Assembly (NCBI GenBank): GCA_963707025.1
Contig: CAVPOM010000009.1
Coordinates: 256,001 to 320,000, forward strand
DNA from: an uncultured Verrucomicrobiae bacterium
GTDB lineage: Bacteria > Verrucomicrobiota > Verrucomicrobiia > Limisphaerales > Palsa-1400
DNA: 64,000 bases
Reading direction: 5' to 3'
Below, one piece after another: positions 18,880 through 28,528 of this stretch. The notes under the pieces are model-generated. The model was not told the DNA's origin, made no database searches, and saw only the letters and a list, made by a program, of their open reading frames with translations. How positions within the stretch are numbered: position 1 is the first letter of the stretch; every line of letters starts with the position of its first letter. The position numbers and the translations under genes were made by a program.

Positions 18880-20058
18880 GTGAACCTGCACGCACTCATT
18901 GGCCTCGCCAAAGACGAGGGGGCCAGCGACCTTCATTTGGAGCCGGGGTTGTCCGCCGTCATCCGCGTGCGGGGCAGTTTGCGTTCGGTGGGCGAACCGT
19001 GCGCCGCGGCGCTGCTCCTGGAATGCGCCCGCGAGCTGATCGGCCCGGAGGACTGGCCGCGCTTTCTCACCCAGCGCTCCTTCGACATGTCCCGGACCAT
19101 TGAAGGGCTGCGCTGCCGCATCAACATCCTGCAAACCTCGCGCGGGGTCGGTTTTGCCGTTCGTTTGCTGCCGGCGTTTCAGCCGACCATTGAATCGTTG
19201 AACCTGCATCCCGACCTGAAGCAACTGGTCAACCACGCCAACGGGCTGGTGCTGATCAGCGGCCCGACCGGCAGCGGCAAATCCACCACCCTGGCCGCGC
19301 TGGTGCAGACGATCAATCTGAGCGACGCCCGGCACATCGTGACGATTGAAAGCCCGATTGAATTCACCTTTCGTCCGCGCAAGTCGTTCATCCGCCAGCG
19401 GGAAGTGGGGCGGGACACGCCCAGTTTTGAACAGGCACTGCTGGACAGCCTGCGGGAGGACCCGGACGTTTTGATGGTGGGGGAAATGCGGGAACCGGAA
19501 ACCATGCGGCTGACCTTGAGCGCGGCGGAGACGGGACATTTGGTGCTGGCCACCGTCCATTCCGCCAACTGCGCCGAGGCGCTGCAGCGGGTGGTCAACG
19601 CCTTTCCGCCGGAGATTCAGGACAACATCGCCGCGCAACTGGCCGACTGCCTGATCGCGGTCGTTTCCCAGCGGCTGCAATTCCGCCCCAACCTGAACCT
19701 CTGCGTGCCCGAATGCGAAGTGCTCAAAACGACCATGCCGATCAAGAATTTCATTCGCAACCGCGATTTCTTCAAAATCATTTCCACCTTGGAAACCGGC
19801 CTGGCCGATGGCATGTGGACCTTTGCGCGCTATCGCGCCTGGCTGGAAAAGCGAACACACTTCCACATTCTCTCCCGCGAAGCGGAAGTGGAAGAGGAGG
19901 AACCGGTTGCGCCCGCGAAAATGCCGCCCCTTCCCGCTCCTCCCAAAACCAGCCACGGCAGCCGTGTGGCCTCCGCCGCGGCCAAGTCCGCCGAGGCCCC
20001 CCGCATCGAGATCGAGCCGGAGGAATCCTTCGACAAGATCCTCAAAGGGCCGTCCTGA
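18880..20058 (+). CDS. pilT: PilT/PilU family type IV pilus ATPase
   Basis: ASDLHL, Walker A GPTGSGKSTT, TIESPIE, QREVG, LREDPDVLMVGEMR, His box TGHLVLATVH. Confidence 0.9.
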   Translation: MNLHALIGLAKDEGASDLHLEPGLSAVIRVRGSLRSVGEPCAAALLLECARELIGPEDWPRFLTQRSFDMSRTIEGLRCRINILQTSRGVGFAVRLLPAFQPTIESLNLHPDLKQLVNHANGLVLISGPTGSGKSTTLAALVQTINLSDARHIVTIESPIEFTFRPRKSFIRQREVGRDTPSFEQALLDSLREDPDVLMVGEMREPETMRLTLSAAETGHLVLATVHSANCAEALQRVVNAFPPEIQDNIAAQLADCLIAVVSQRLQFRPNLNLCVPECEVLKTTMPIKNFIRNRDFFKIISTLETGLADGMWTFARYRAWLEKRTHFHILSREAEVEEEEPVAPAKMPPLPAPPKTSHGSRVASAAAKSAEAPRIEIEPEESFDKILKGPS

Positions 20059-20173
20059 AGGTTTTCAATTCCCTCTTGGGGACCTCTGCCAAACTCCAGC
20101 GCGAGAAGGTGGCGGCGATCCAGGAGCGTTGATCTTCGGGGTTTTTTTGATGGGTGGCGATTGCCGGCCGCCG

Positions 20174-20707
20174 CTACGACGCTTGTGCCTCCGCCCAGCG
20201 GGCCAGGAGCCACAAGGTGTCCGACAAGCGGTTGAGGAAAGTTATGATCTCGCCGTTGTGCAATTGGCTGCTCTCCTGCAAGGCGCACACCCGGCGCTCG
20301 GCGCGGCGGCAGATCGTCCGCGCCACGTCCAGCGTCGCCGCGCTCAGGTTGCCGCCGGGCGTGGCCCAGCCCTGGCCGGCGGCCTTTTGCGCTTCGATCT
20401 CCAACACCATGCGGTCCAGTTGCGCCGTCATTTGCGGGGAGATCAGGGTGAAGCCGTCCTTGGCGTAACGCGGCAAATCATCGGGCTGGGTGGCCAGTTC
20501 GCCCATCAAAGGGACCAGCGCCTTTTGCATTTGCAGCAGCCGGTCGCTGACAAAAGGATGCCGGGCCGAGGCGCGGGCCAGACCCAGGGCCGCGTTTAAT
20601 TCATCCACCGCCCCGCAGGCTTCCACCCGGGGATGACATTTGGAAACCCGCCGGCTGTACATCAATCCGGTGCTCCCCTTGTCTCCCTTTTTGGTCACGA
20701 TGCTCAT
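20174..20707 (-). CDS. PduO-type cob(I)alamin adenosyltransferase
   Basis: SIVTKKGDKGSTGL, RV.K..RVEACG.VDELNA, ARTICRRAER, LNRLSD. Confidence 0.93.
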   Translation of the reverse strand: MSIVTKKGDKGSTGLMYSRRVSKCHPRVEACGAVDELNAALGLARASARHPFVSDRLLQMQKALVPLMGELATQPDDLPRYAKDGFTLISPQMTAQLDRMVLEIEAQKAAGQGWATPGGNLSAATLDVARTICRRAERRVCALQESSQLHNGEIITFLNRLSDTLWLLARWAEAQAS

Positions 20708-20840
20708 CTGGGCTGCCGGCCAGTTTGGCGTTTCTGGCCGGGAGTTGAAAGTTCAAAGTAACGATTTTGCCTCATGGCCGGATTAGGATTGATTCGGTGG
20801 GCGCAGTTGTTTACGGTTTGGCCACGAACATAAAGGCGCC

Positions 20841-21080
20841 ATGAATCTCAAACTGCTCTGCAAAGCTGTTCTCATTATCGCCGTCCTGGCTCTTCTGGTC
20901 ATGATGGGGATGCACAATACCAAACCGGTCGAACTGGAACTTCCGCCGCTCCTGCCCCACACGCTGGATCTGCCGGCTTGCTACATGTACTATGGGTTCT
21001 TCGGCGTCGGCTTCGTGGTCGGCGCCCTTCTTATGACCGGCGGCAAAAGAGGCGCCAGCAAGGCGGGCAAGGAAAAATAG
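20841..21080 (+). CDS. Small membrane protein (LapA/DUF1049-like)
   Basis: Two TM helices separated by 'HNTKPVEL', basic tail. Confidence 0.65.
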   Translation: MNLKLLCKAVLIIAVLALLVMMGMHNTKPVELELPPLLPHTLDLPACYMYYGFFGVGFVVGALLMTGGKRGASKAGKEK

Positions 21081-21212
21081 GGCGGTTTAAGAAATTGTGT
21101 AGCCGTGAATGAGGATGGTAGGGCGCGCACTCCGTGCGCGCCGCGGCGGGCAATCCCGGCCTGCCGGGACCCTACCGGGTAATGCGGCTACAGTATTTGT
21201 GAAACCGCTCTA
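21078..21212. repeat. ~135-bp MITE-like element carrying REP hairpins, copy B
   Basis: Termini TAGGGCGGTTT / AAACCGCTCTA; starts at the TAG stop of the upstream gene; inverted copy of 10897-11030. Confidence 0.8.
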
Positions 21213-21311
21213 GCCGCAAGCCCGCGGGCCGTGCCCGTTAAATCTTTCCCAGGCGCCGCCCAGGGTTCAACCGGCGAATTAGCTTATACCTTTTCCGGTT
21301 TGCTTTTGCAC

Positions 21312-21335
21312 TGTAGCGGCGGTCTGCGACCGCCG
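21312..21335. repeat. GTAG-type REP hairpin (single)
   Basis: TGTAGCGGCGGTCTGCGACCGCCG; near-identical to 52724-52747. Confidence 0.7.
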
Positions 21336-21401
21336 CCAATCGCCTTGGCAATCGTGCAGTTACGAACTGGAAACGGTATTAAACTATCATATTGAGCGAA
21401 T

Positions 21402-23945
21402 CTACGTCTCCGCGCGCAGCAGGGCCAGGGGGGTGTGACGCAGGATGCCCCGGCTCATGAGCCAGCCCGTCCCCAGCGTCAGCGCGGGGACGGCCGCCCC
21501 ACCCGCCAGCAGCGGCCCCAAGCGCGGGGCAAATTGAACCTTGAAGACAAACGCCGCCAGCGCCCACACCGCCGCCAGGGCCAGCAGGATTCCCGTCACC
21601 GCCGCCAGCAAGCCCAAGGCGGCGTATTCCACCGCCAAAATGCGCCAGATCTGCGCCCGCGACGCCCCCAGCGTGCGCAACAGGATGCACTCCCGCACCC
21701 GCTGGAAGTGGCTGCCCACCAGCGCCCCCGCCATCACCAGGATCCCCGTCAGCACCGTAAACCACGCCATGAACCGGATGACGAAGGAAACTTTTCCCAC
21801 AATGGCGTCCACCGTTTCCAGAATCAGGGTCAAATCAATCACCGAAACGTTGGGAAAAGCTTGGACCACTTCGCGCTGTAGCCGGGCGGATTGCGCGCTC
21901 GAGTCCACCCGCGTCACCAGCACATTCAGGGAAGGGGCCTCCTCCAGAACGCCGCGCGGAAAGAGCATGAAAAAATTGGGCTGCGGGCGCCGCCAATTGA
22001 CCTCGCGCAGACTGGCGACCACCGTCCGCACCGGCACGCCCTGCACGTCGAAGAGCAGCTCGTCGCCCGGCTTCAGGCGCAGTTCCCCGGCGAGGCCGGT
22101 TTCCACCGAAATGGGGACAGGGGCGGCGTGATTGGTGACTTGGCCGATCCAATGGCCGGCGGTGATCTTTTCGGCATCGCGCAGATGATCGCTGTAGGTG
22201 CTGCGATATTCGCGGCGCAAGGTCCAGGCCTGGAAGGTGCTTTGAGGGTCGGCCAGGAGCGACTCGACCGAGCGGCCTTTGATGGAACTGAGGCGCATGG
22301 TGACAATCGGCGCTTCATCCAGCACCGGCCGGCCCAGCGACCGGACTAATCCGGCCACCGCCTCTTTTTGGTCCGGCTGAATGTCAAACAACACCGCGTT
22401 GGCCTGGCTTGCGCCGGGAACGATCAGGTCGGCCTGGAGGGTCTGCTGCACCAGGAAAATGCCGGCCAGCAAAAACGTCCCCAGTCCCAGGGAGAGCAGG
22501 AGCAGTTGCGTGCGGTTGTCAGGCCGGTGCAGATTGGCCAGCCCCTGGCGCACCACGAACGGCAGCTTCCGATGCGCCGCCCGGCGCGCCAGCGCCGCCA
22601 GTGCCCTGGCCGTGGCCGCCAGAAGCCCGAACACCACGCCCAACCCCAGGACGAATCCCAATCCCGCGCGCCAGTTGCGCCCCTGGCTCAGCCCGAAACC
22701 CAGCGTCAGCGCCGCCAGGCAGGCCAGCACGCCCCAGCGCAGCGGATCGGGCCGCGCCGCCGGCTCCAACGCCACCCGCAACGCCGCCCAGGGCGATACG
22801 CGCCGCACCGCCAGCAGCGGCAGCAACGCAAACAGCAGGCACACCACAAAACCCGCCCCCGCGGCCCGCCCGACCGCCAGCCAGGCGGTCTGGAAATGGA
22901 ACGTGAACGGAATAAAATCGGCCAGGACGCGCGGCAGGAAGGTTTGCACCGCCACGCCCAACCCCGCCCCGAACAACCCTCCCAGCGCCCCCAGCGCGAG
23001 CCCCTGGGCCAGATAGACCGCGAATACCTGCCCGACCGATCCGCCCAGGCAGCGGAGCACAGCCACCGCGGCCAATTTCTGTTTGACATGAACATGAATG
23101 GCGCCGGCCACGCCCAGGCCGCCCAACATCAGCGCCACCAGCCCGGTCAGATTGAGAAAATGGTAAAGATTGTCCATGGCGCGGCCGAGGTTCTGCTTTC
23201 GTTTTTCCACGGTGTCAAAGCTGAGCCGGAACTTTTCCAGTTGCGATTGGAGGCGGGCCGCCAATTGCGCCACGTCGGTCTGGGCCGGGAATTTGAAAAA
23301 AGTTTTGTATTGCGCCAAACTGCCCTGGCGCAGCAGGCCGGTGGCCGGCAAGTCCTCCATCGGCAGATAAACGCGCGGCGCCACCAGCGCGAGCGCGGCG
23401 CTTTCCCCGGGGACTTTCCTCAGTTCGCCCACGACCGGGAGGGTCAACTGGCCCAGCCGGATGTTATCGCCCACCCTGGCACCGAATTGCAGGAGCACAC
23501 TCTGCTCCACCAGCGCGCCGCGCCCCTGGCGAAATTGGGCCTCCGCCGCGGGCGGCTCCGTTTCCAGCCGGCCATAGAAGGGAAAGCCGCCGCTCAAGGC
23601 GCGGACCTGCACCAGGCGCGTTCCGCCCGAGGCCGGGAAATAAATCATGGAGGAAAAGGAGGTTTCGCGCGCTTGCTCTCCGCCGATCTCCTCCAGCCAG
23701 CTTTCCTCCTCCGCGCTGAAAGACCGCCGCGAAGAAATGGCCAGGTCTGCGCCCAGCAAAGTCCGGGCCTGCTCCTCCACGGCCCGCTCCAGGTTTTTGC
23801 CCAGCGACCCGATGGCCGCCAGCGCCGCCACCCCCATCACAATGGACGATGAAAACAACAGCAGCCGGCCCCGGCTGGTGCGGGTGTCGCGCCACGCCAT
23901 CCGCCACGTCCACGGCGAGAGGAGCCAATGCCAAACAGATTTCAT
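21402..23945 (-). CDS. ABC transporter permease, FtsX/YbbP-like
   Basis: MAWRD.R, LLGADL, FPFYG, two FtsX TM bundles, FDIQPDQ, LRTLGASR. Confidence 0.92.
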   Translation of the reverse strand: MKSVWHWLLSPWTWRMAWRDTRTSRGRLLLFSSSIVMGVAALAAIGSLGKNLERAVEEQARTLLGADLAISSRRSFSAEEESWLEEIGGEQARETSFSSMIYFPASGGTRLVQVRALSGGFPFYGRLETEPPAAEAQFRQGRGALVEQSVLLQFGARVGDNIRLGQLTLPVVGELRKVPGESAALALVAPRVYLPMEDLPATGLLRQGSLAQYKTFFKFPAQTDVAQLAARLQSQLEKFRLSFDTVEKRKQNLGRAMDNLYHFLNLTGLVALMLGGLGVAGAIHVHVKQKLAAVAVLRCLGGSVGQVFAVYLAQGLALGALGGLFGAGLGVAVQTFLPRVLADFIPFTFHFQTAWLAVGRAAGAGFVVCLLFALLPLLAVRRVSPWAALRVALEPAARPDPLRWGVLACLAALTLGFGLSQGRNWRAGLGFVLGLGVVFGLLAATARALAALARRAAHRKLPFVVRQGLANLHRPDNRTQLLLLSLGLGTFLLAGIFLVQQTLQADLIVPGASQANAVLFDIQPDQKEAVAGLVRSLGRPVLDEAPIVTMRLSSIKGRSVESLLADPQSTFQAWTLRREYRSTYSDHLRDAEKITAGHWIGQVTNHAAPVPISVETGLAGELRLKPGDELLFDVQGVPVRTVVASLREVNWRRPQPNFFMLFPRGVLEEAPSLNVLVTRVDSSAQSARLQREVVQAFPNVSVIDLTLILETVDAIVGKVSFVIRFMAWFTVLTGILVMAGALVGSHFQRVRECILLRTLGASRAQIWRILAVEYAALGLLAAVTGILLALAAVWALAAFVFKVQFAPRLGPLLAGGAAVPALTLGTGWLMSRGILRHTPLALLRAET

Positions 23946-24026
23946 TTATACAACGCCATTGAAATAGACCAGCCATGCGTCAGTCATGGGTGGTGGGCGG
24001 GCCCCGAAATATCGGGACCCGCCCTT

Positions 24027-24197
24027 CCTCAGTTAATGTTCTTCTCCCCGTACCCCAAAGGTAACTATTCAGGTAGGGACGCCTCGCCGAGGCGTCCGAA
24101 AGGCGGTCCGTTGCGCCGCTCGACGCGGCGCGGACAGCGCGGCGCGCTGTCCCTGCCTGAATAGTTACCCCCAAAGCAAGAAGAACATTAACTGAGG
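24027..24197. repeat. Outer 19-bp perfect inverted repeat enclosing a MITE
   Basis: CCTCAGTTAATGTTCTTCT (24027-24045) and its exact reverse complement (24179-24197). Confidence 0.85.
24061..24168. mobile_element. MITE with 8-bp target-site duplication and internal REP pair
   Basis: TIR GTAACTATTCAGG / CCTGAATAGTTAC; flanked by direct repeat CCCCAAAG (24053-24060, 24169-24176); internal GTAGGGACGCCTCGCCGAGGCGTCC hairpin. Confidence 0.8.
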
Positions 24198-24277
24198 CAG
24201 GATAAGGCTTGGGATTCGAGAAAAGGACTTCCGGAGTCGCGGGCATCAATGACAACACTGCTGTCAAACAGAATCAC
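24188..24277 (-). pseudogene. Truncated PIN-domain (VapC-like) toxin
   Basis: GTG overlapping the antitoxin stop; reads MILFDSSVVIDARDSGSPF.. (PIN N-terminal 'hhDSSV') and stops after 29 aa inside the inverted repeat. Confidence 0.65.
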
Positions 24278-24495
24278 CGGGTCTCCTTTTTGATTTCATC
24301 CCAGCTTTTCGTGAACCGCAGCGGACTGCTTTCGATTGCCGCGATGGCCTCTGCAAAAGTTGGCCTGCGGCGCGGCAACTCAACTTTCCGAAGCAAAACC
24401 TCGTTTTCGCCAAGGACTTCAGGTTCGTAATAGTCACCGGGGCGGAGCACGGAAACCTCAATTCTATGTGCCTCATCTACCTTTACAGCGTTCAT
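24274..24495 (-). CDS. Putative AbrB-like antitoxin
   Basis: 73 aa 'VKVDEAHRI..LRPGD..EVLLRK', coupled to the PIN fragment. Confidence 0.6.
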   Translation of the reverse strand: MNAVKVDEAHRIEVSVLRPGDYYEPEVLGENEVLLRKVELPRRRPTFAEAIAAIESSPLRFTKSWDEIKKETR

Positions 24496-24594
24496 GGGAA
24501 GAATGTTCCCCTAAACCGGGAAAGTTTGCAAGTCCGGCCTTTCCAAATCAACCCCGGCGCGCGAGCGGGGGCTGAATGCCAACCCGCGAACGCT

Positions 24595-24780
24595 TCCGCC
24601 TACGCTAAAGCTACGGCGGACAGGTCCTCCTTCGCCGAGCCTCCGGCGTGACAAGCCGCCCCGACAAGTGCTTGGTCGTGTCGTTTTTGCCTGTGCTCCG
24701 TCCTGTCCACAGTCCTGTCCACCGTAGGCCTGGCGAAGGTGGAAGCCTTGGCGAAGGTGGAAGCTTCCGAGCGGAGGAGG
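24595..24780. repeat. Cluster of short REP-like hairpins and tandem repeats
   Basis: TCCGCCTACGCTAAAGCTACGGCGGA hairpin; GTCCTGTCCAC x2; TGGCGAAGGTGGAAGC x2. Confidence 0.6.
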
Positions 24781-25063
24781 ACGCCCCTGTTTGCCCTTCG
24801 CAACATGGAATCCGCCGCCATCACCACCAGGGAGTTCAAAGCACGGAGAGAAGACCGCCTTTGTGGTGTCAATTTTGTTTTCCGCTGTCGCGGAGCGGGA
24901 ACAATCAGACTCTGCCATCACTCGCTCTCAGCCGCCGCGAGAGGCGGCAATCAGAGCATGGTAGTCGCTATGCTGCGCCGTACCGCAGGCGTTTTCCCCC
25001 TTTACGTGCCCACCAATTTTGTTTGCTGTGATAATTCTTGACCGTGTCCGCTTCCTCTGTTAA

Positions 25064-25441
25064 ATGCCATCGCTTATGACCAAATCAGGAAATTGGACTA
25101 TTACGATTCCCAGCGGGCGCGGGCACACCCCACCATCAAGCACCGCCGAAGTCACCCTCTCGTGCGATTACGATTTACAACTACCGCAGTCTAGGGTGGA
25201 GACCAGTTATCCGACGGGCGCAGGGCATGGGATACGCCATGAGTTTCCCGATATACCGGGAACTTTGATCCTCGGACCCTTTCTTCCGACTGAAATGGAG
25301 CGGTTGGGTCACTTTTCCGGCAAACGCTGCCGAGCGGCCGGCCCGGAGCAAGTAATACTAGATTGGGATGTCGCCATCTGCGACGCACCGCACTCGCAAG
25401 GCAAATTTTGCCTTACGGGCAATTTCTTGAAGCTTCAATGA
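25064..25441 (+). CDS. Hypothetical protein (island)
   Basis: 125-aa ORF co-oriented with and 12 nt upstream of the GIY-YIG gene; no recognisable motif. Confidence 0.45.
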   Translation: MPSLMTKSGNWTITIPSGRGHTPPSSTAEVTLSCDYDLQLPQSRVETSYPTGAGHGIRHEFPDIPGTLILGPFLPTEMERLGHFSGKRCRAAGPEQVILDWDVAICDAPHSQGKFCLTGNFLKLQ

Positions 25442-25453
25442 CAACGGACGTGT

Positions 25454-26482
25454 GTGATGAAGGAACCGGGATTCATTTACATTTTGGTTAATCCTTCCAT
25501 TGACGGTTTGGTCAAAATTGGCAAAACGACTCGCCAACCCGAAGAACGCGCCAAGGAGATTTCTCAGGCGACGGGTGTTGCAACCCCGTTCTATGTCGCC
25601 TTTGCAATCCAGGTCGCCAACTGCCACAGCGCTGAGGAGTATGTTTATACCGTTTTGGAGTATAACGGATTTCAGCGCACGCCCAATCGGGAGTTTTTCA
25701 GAATACCGTTGCGCAAAGCCATTGAAGTTTTGATGCTTGTTGAACAGCAACTCCAAAAGGATACCGATTCGTCGGGCGCAAGCAGTCAAGACAGCGCTTT
25801 TCTTCATGCCGACGAAATGGAAGGCAAATTTGGCTCGGAAGAACAACACCCTGGTCGGCCCATCTATTGCGAAGCAACGAAAGCCTTTCTCGGCCTCGGT
25901 GACACAATCGAAGACCGAGACGAGGCATTGAGGCTTCTCCATCAGGCCAAGACGTTGAATTTTCCCGCAGCATATACTGCACTGGCGTGGTACTACACGA
26001 AACGCACTCCATGTGTAACCGAGGAAGACTACGCCAAGCAGGACCGGAATGCGCTCGAGGTTCTTAAGGAAGGTGCGGCGAAAGGGCATGGTAGATGTTA
26101 CATAGCCATGGCATGGTTCTTCCATATGCGCAGGACTACCGAGTTGAGTGAGAATGCAGCGAAGTGTTGGAAGAAATATTTCTTCAGCGAAACTTTTGCA
26201 AAAGATGACGACGCAAGGTGGACCAAAGATCTCGACGAGTTTGAGTTTGCTGATGGTGACAGCGGCAGTTCAAGGGTTTCTCACTCAATTACGTACTTTC
26301 TTTTCCTCAATGGAGCACTTAAGCCCGACGAGGATGTCCGCGCTCTTTTGATTCCGTTACGTGAAGAAATCCTTTTCGAGATACAGGACAGCTTGGATTT
26401 CGCTCGAAATCATGGCGATCGAAAATCTATCGATCTGAACGAAAATCAGCAACGCTTCGTTCGAGAGTATCTCCGCACTTAA
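25454..26482 (+). CDS. T5orf172/GIY-YIG-domain protein with C-terminal Sel1-like helical repeats
   Basis: GFIYILVNPS..GLVKIGKT.R.PEERAKEIS.ATGVATPF..NREFF; then 'EALRLLHQAK..AAYTALAWYY..EGAAKGH'. Confidence 0.8.
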   Translation: MMKEPGFIYILVNPSIDGLVKIGKTTRQPEERAKEISQATGVATPFYVAFAIQVANCHSAEEYVYTVLEYNGFQRTPNREFFRIPLRKAIEVLMLVEQQLQKDTDSSGASSQDSAFLHADEMEGKFGSEEQHPGRPIYCEATKAFLGLGDTIEDRDEALRLLHQAKTLNFPAAYTALAWYYTKRTPCVTEEDYAKQDRNALEVLKEGAAKGHGRCYIAMAWFFHMRRTTELSENAAKCWKKYFFSETFAKDDDARWTKDLDEFEFADGDSGSSRVSHSITYFLFLNGALKPDEDVRALLIPLREEILFEIQDSLDFARNHGDRKSIDLNENQQRFVREYLRT

Positions 26483-26567
26483 TATCAAACGTGATCAAAT
26501 ATTCCAAATGTTTATGGAAACGGGTCATTGAAGTATATTTTTAACTCTAATTGGCTAGGAACTCAAA

Positions 26568-27422
26568 ATGGAAACAGTCTATAAGTTTTGCGGGAAGCAT
26601 GGGATCGAAATTCTCAGCAAGCTTGAATTAAAGGTTACGCCACCGAATCAATTCAACGATCCGTTTGAGTTCACACCAAGAATCAGCAATTCCGATTTCG
26701 TTAGTTATTGCAAGGGGAATCTTGATGATGAAACTCGCCTCAAAGAGATTTATCCCACCTACGGTTTTCCTGGCGATTTCCATGCGTTCCAAGAATGGGC
26801 GAAAAATAATCAATCAACACTGATTGGGCAATTGCACAAAGATTTCCCGAATGGTATTTATGAAGATGAGAAATCTTTTCTCGATGACATAAGTAAATTG
26901 ATCAGAGTTCTGTGTATGTCAGGAGAGCGGGATAAAATTCTAATGTGGGGCCATTATTGCGACACGCCTCTTGGTCTTGTCATTGGGTTTGACAGATCGT
27001 GCGCCGTTTTTCAGGAAGGAATTGCATTGAGGCCGGTGGAGTATGTTAAACAGAGGATTTGCCTTGATTTGTCATGGGAGGAAGGCTCCCCTGAAATGGA
27101 GCGTTTTCGGGATGAAATTGTTTTCCGCAAGAGCGAAGATTTGCTGTACGAAAAGGAGTTCAGGAAGACTTTCGTGCATTCATCCCCTTCATTGGTAACG
27201 AGAGCGATTGAAGACAAATGTACCGGCTACAAATCCACCGGCTATTTCTTTCCCTTCCCAGCGGAAGCCGTCGTCAGCGTGACTTTGGGACCAAGGGTGT
27301 CGGCAGAGTGCGAGAACGATGTTAGGGAGGTCCTTCAAACGCCCCACTTTTCAAAAGTTATCCTCGACCGAGCAATTCTAAACCAAAGCAATTGTGCCTT
27401 GGAATTCGAACCGGTCAAGTGA
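26568..27422 (+). CDS. DUF2971-domain protein
   Basis: VYKF, FNDPFE, LCMS, LMWGHY, GLVIGFD, V.Y, K...YEKEFR, VTLGPR. Confidence 0.85.
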   Translation: METVYKFCGKHGIEILSKLELKVTPPNQFNDPFEFTPRISNSDFVSYCKGNLDDETRLKEIYPTYGFPGDFHAFQEWAKNNQSTLIGQLHKDFPNGIYEDEKSFLDDISKLIRVLCMSGERDKILMWGHYCDTPLGLVIGFDRSCAVFQEGIALRPVEYVKQRICLDLSWEEGSPEMERFRDEIVFRKSEDLLYEKEFRKTFVHSSPSLVTRAIEDKCTGYKSTGYFFPFPAEAVVSVTLGPRVSAECENDVREVLQTPHFSKVILDRAILNQSNCALEFEPVK

Positions 27423-27830
27423 AATGAGGCAACGTGATTCGCGGATGGAATTTTGATTTTCATCTCACTCCCATCTCGCGAAATTCCGGTTATCGAGAGC
27501 TTCAAGCCGGGCGGCATATAATCGCAATTCCCGCGCTCGCGCCTCAACTTCACGCACAATTTCAGGACTCAATGGCGGTGAAGGCACCTGTTCATCCGCC
27601 TTCGCATGGCGGCGGACAGGCCCAGCGAAGCGGGAAGGCCAATTAAAACGGATCCCCCGACGCTTCCATCAAATCGCTCTGAAAATCCGTTTCTGTCGCT
27701 GGCCCCACATCCATGTCGTCCGCTTCCGCTGGCCGGGATTCCTCTTTTGTCCATCCGCGTGCATCTGCCTTATCTGCGGGCCAAGGTCTTTTCCCGTTCC
27801 CTGCCGCGCTTCGTTCTGCGCCAAAATTTC

Positions 27831-27926
27831 ACCACCGATTTCACGGATTCCACGGATAAGGATTTTGCATTCTGCATTCTGCATTCTGCATTCAGAACAT
27901 CCGTGTCATCAGTGCAATCCGTGGTT
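27831..27926. repeat. Composite hairpin: CACGGAT arm + (TGCATTC)n loop + ATCCGTG arm, copy 1
   Basis: accaccgatttcacggattccacggat..(tgcattc)4..atccgtgtcatcagtgcaatccgtggtt. Confidence 0.75.
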
Positions 27927-28528
27927 CAATCCTCTGCGGTTGCGGCTGTCCGCCTCCTTTGGCCGGGATTCCTGCCAACGCATTTCCGCCGACTCATCAA
28001 ACGCCAACTCCGTGAATTTCCGCAGCAAATCTCCAAGGGATTTTATCCTGTGAATCCTGTTCCTCCCGTCAAAATGTCTTTTCTGGTGAAAGCCGCGGCA
28101 TGATCCGCAAGAATTGAGCGGGACAAGACGAAGTTAGAAAGATGCAGTCAAAAAGATGTTTATGACTCCATTTTTTTGACAGAAAGAGAATCCAAACCAC
28201 CGATGGTCCAGCGCGGCAAAACCGCAACCAAAAATGAAATGGCCGCAAGAAAACCCAAGGATCGCAAAGACGGAACGACATAAGCTCTTCTCTTTGAGTT
28301 CTTTGCACTGCAATCCGTCAGAGTCGCTCATTTTTGCGAGAATGCTTCCACATCCGCGTTGATCCGTGTTCATCTGTGGTTCAATTCCTTTGGTTGCGGC
28401 TGGCCGCGCTGCGTTCCTTTGCGGCAAAAATCTCGTTGGAATTGCATGATCCATCACTTTTGTGGTACAGAGGACAGGAACCCGTTCATCAACCATCTCA
28501 CCGATTGGATGAGGCCGGGAAAGCTGGA

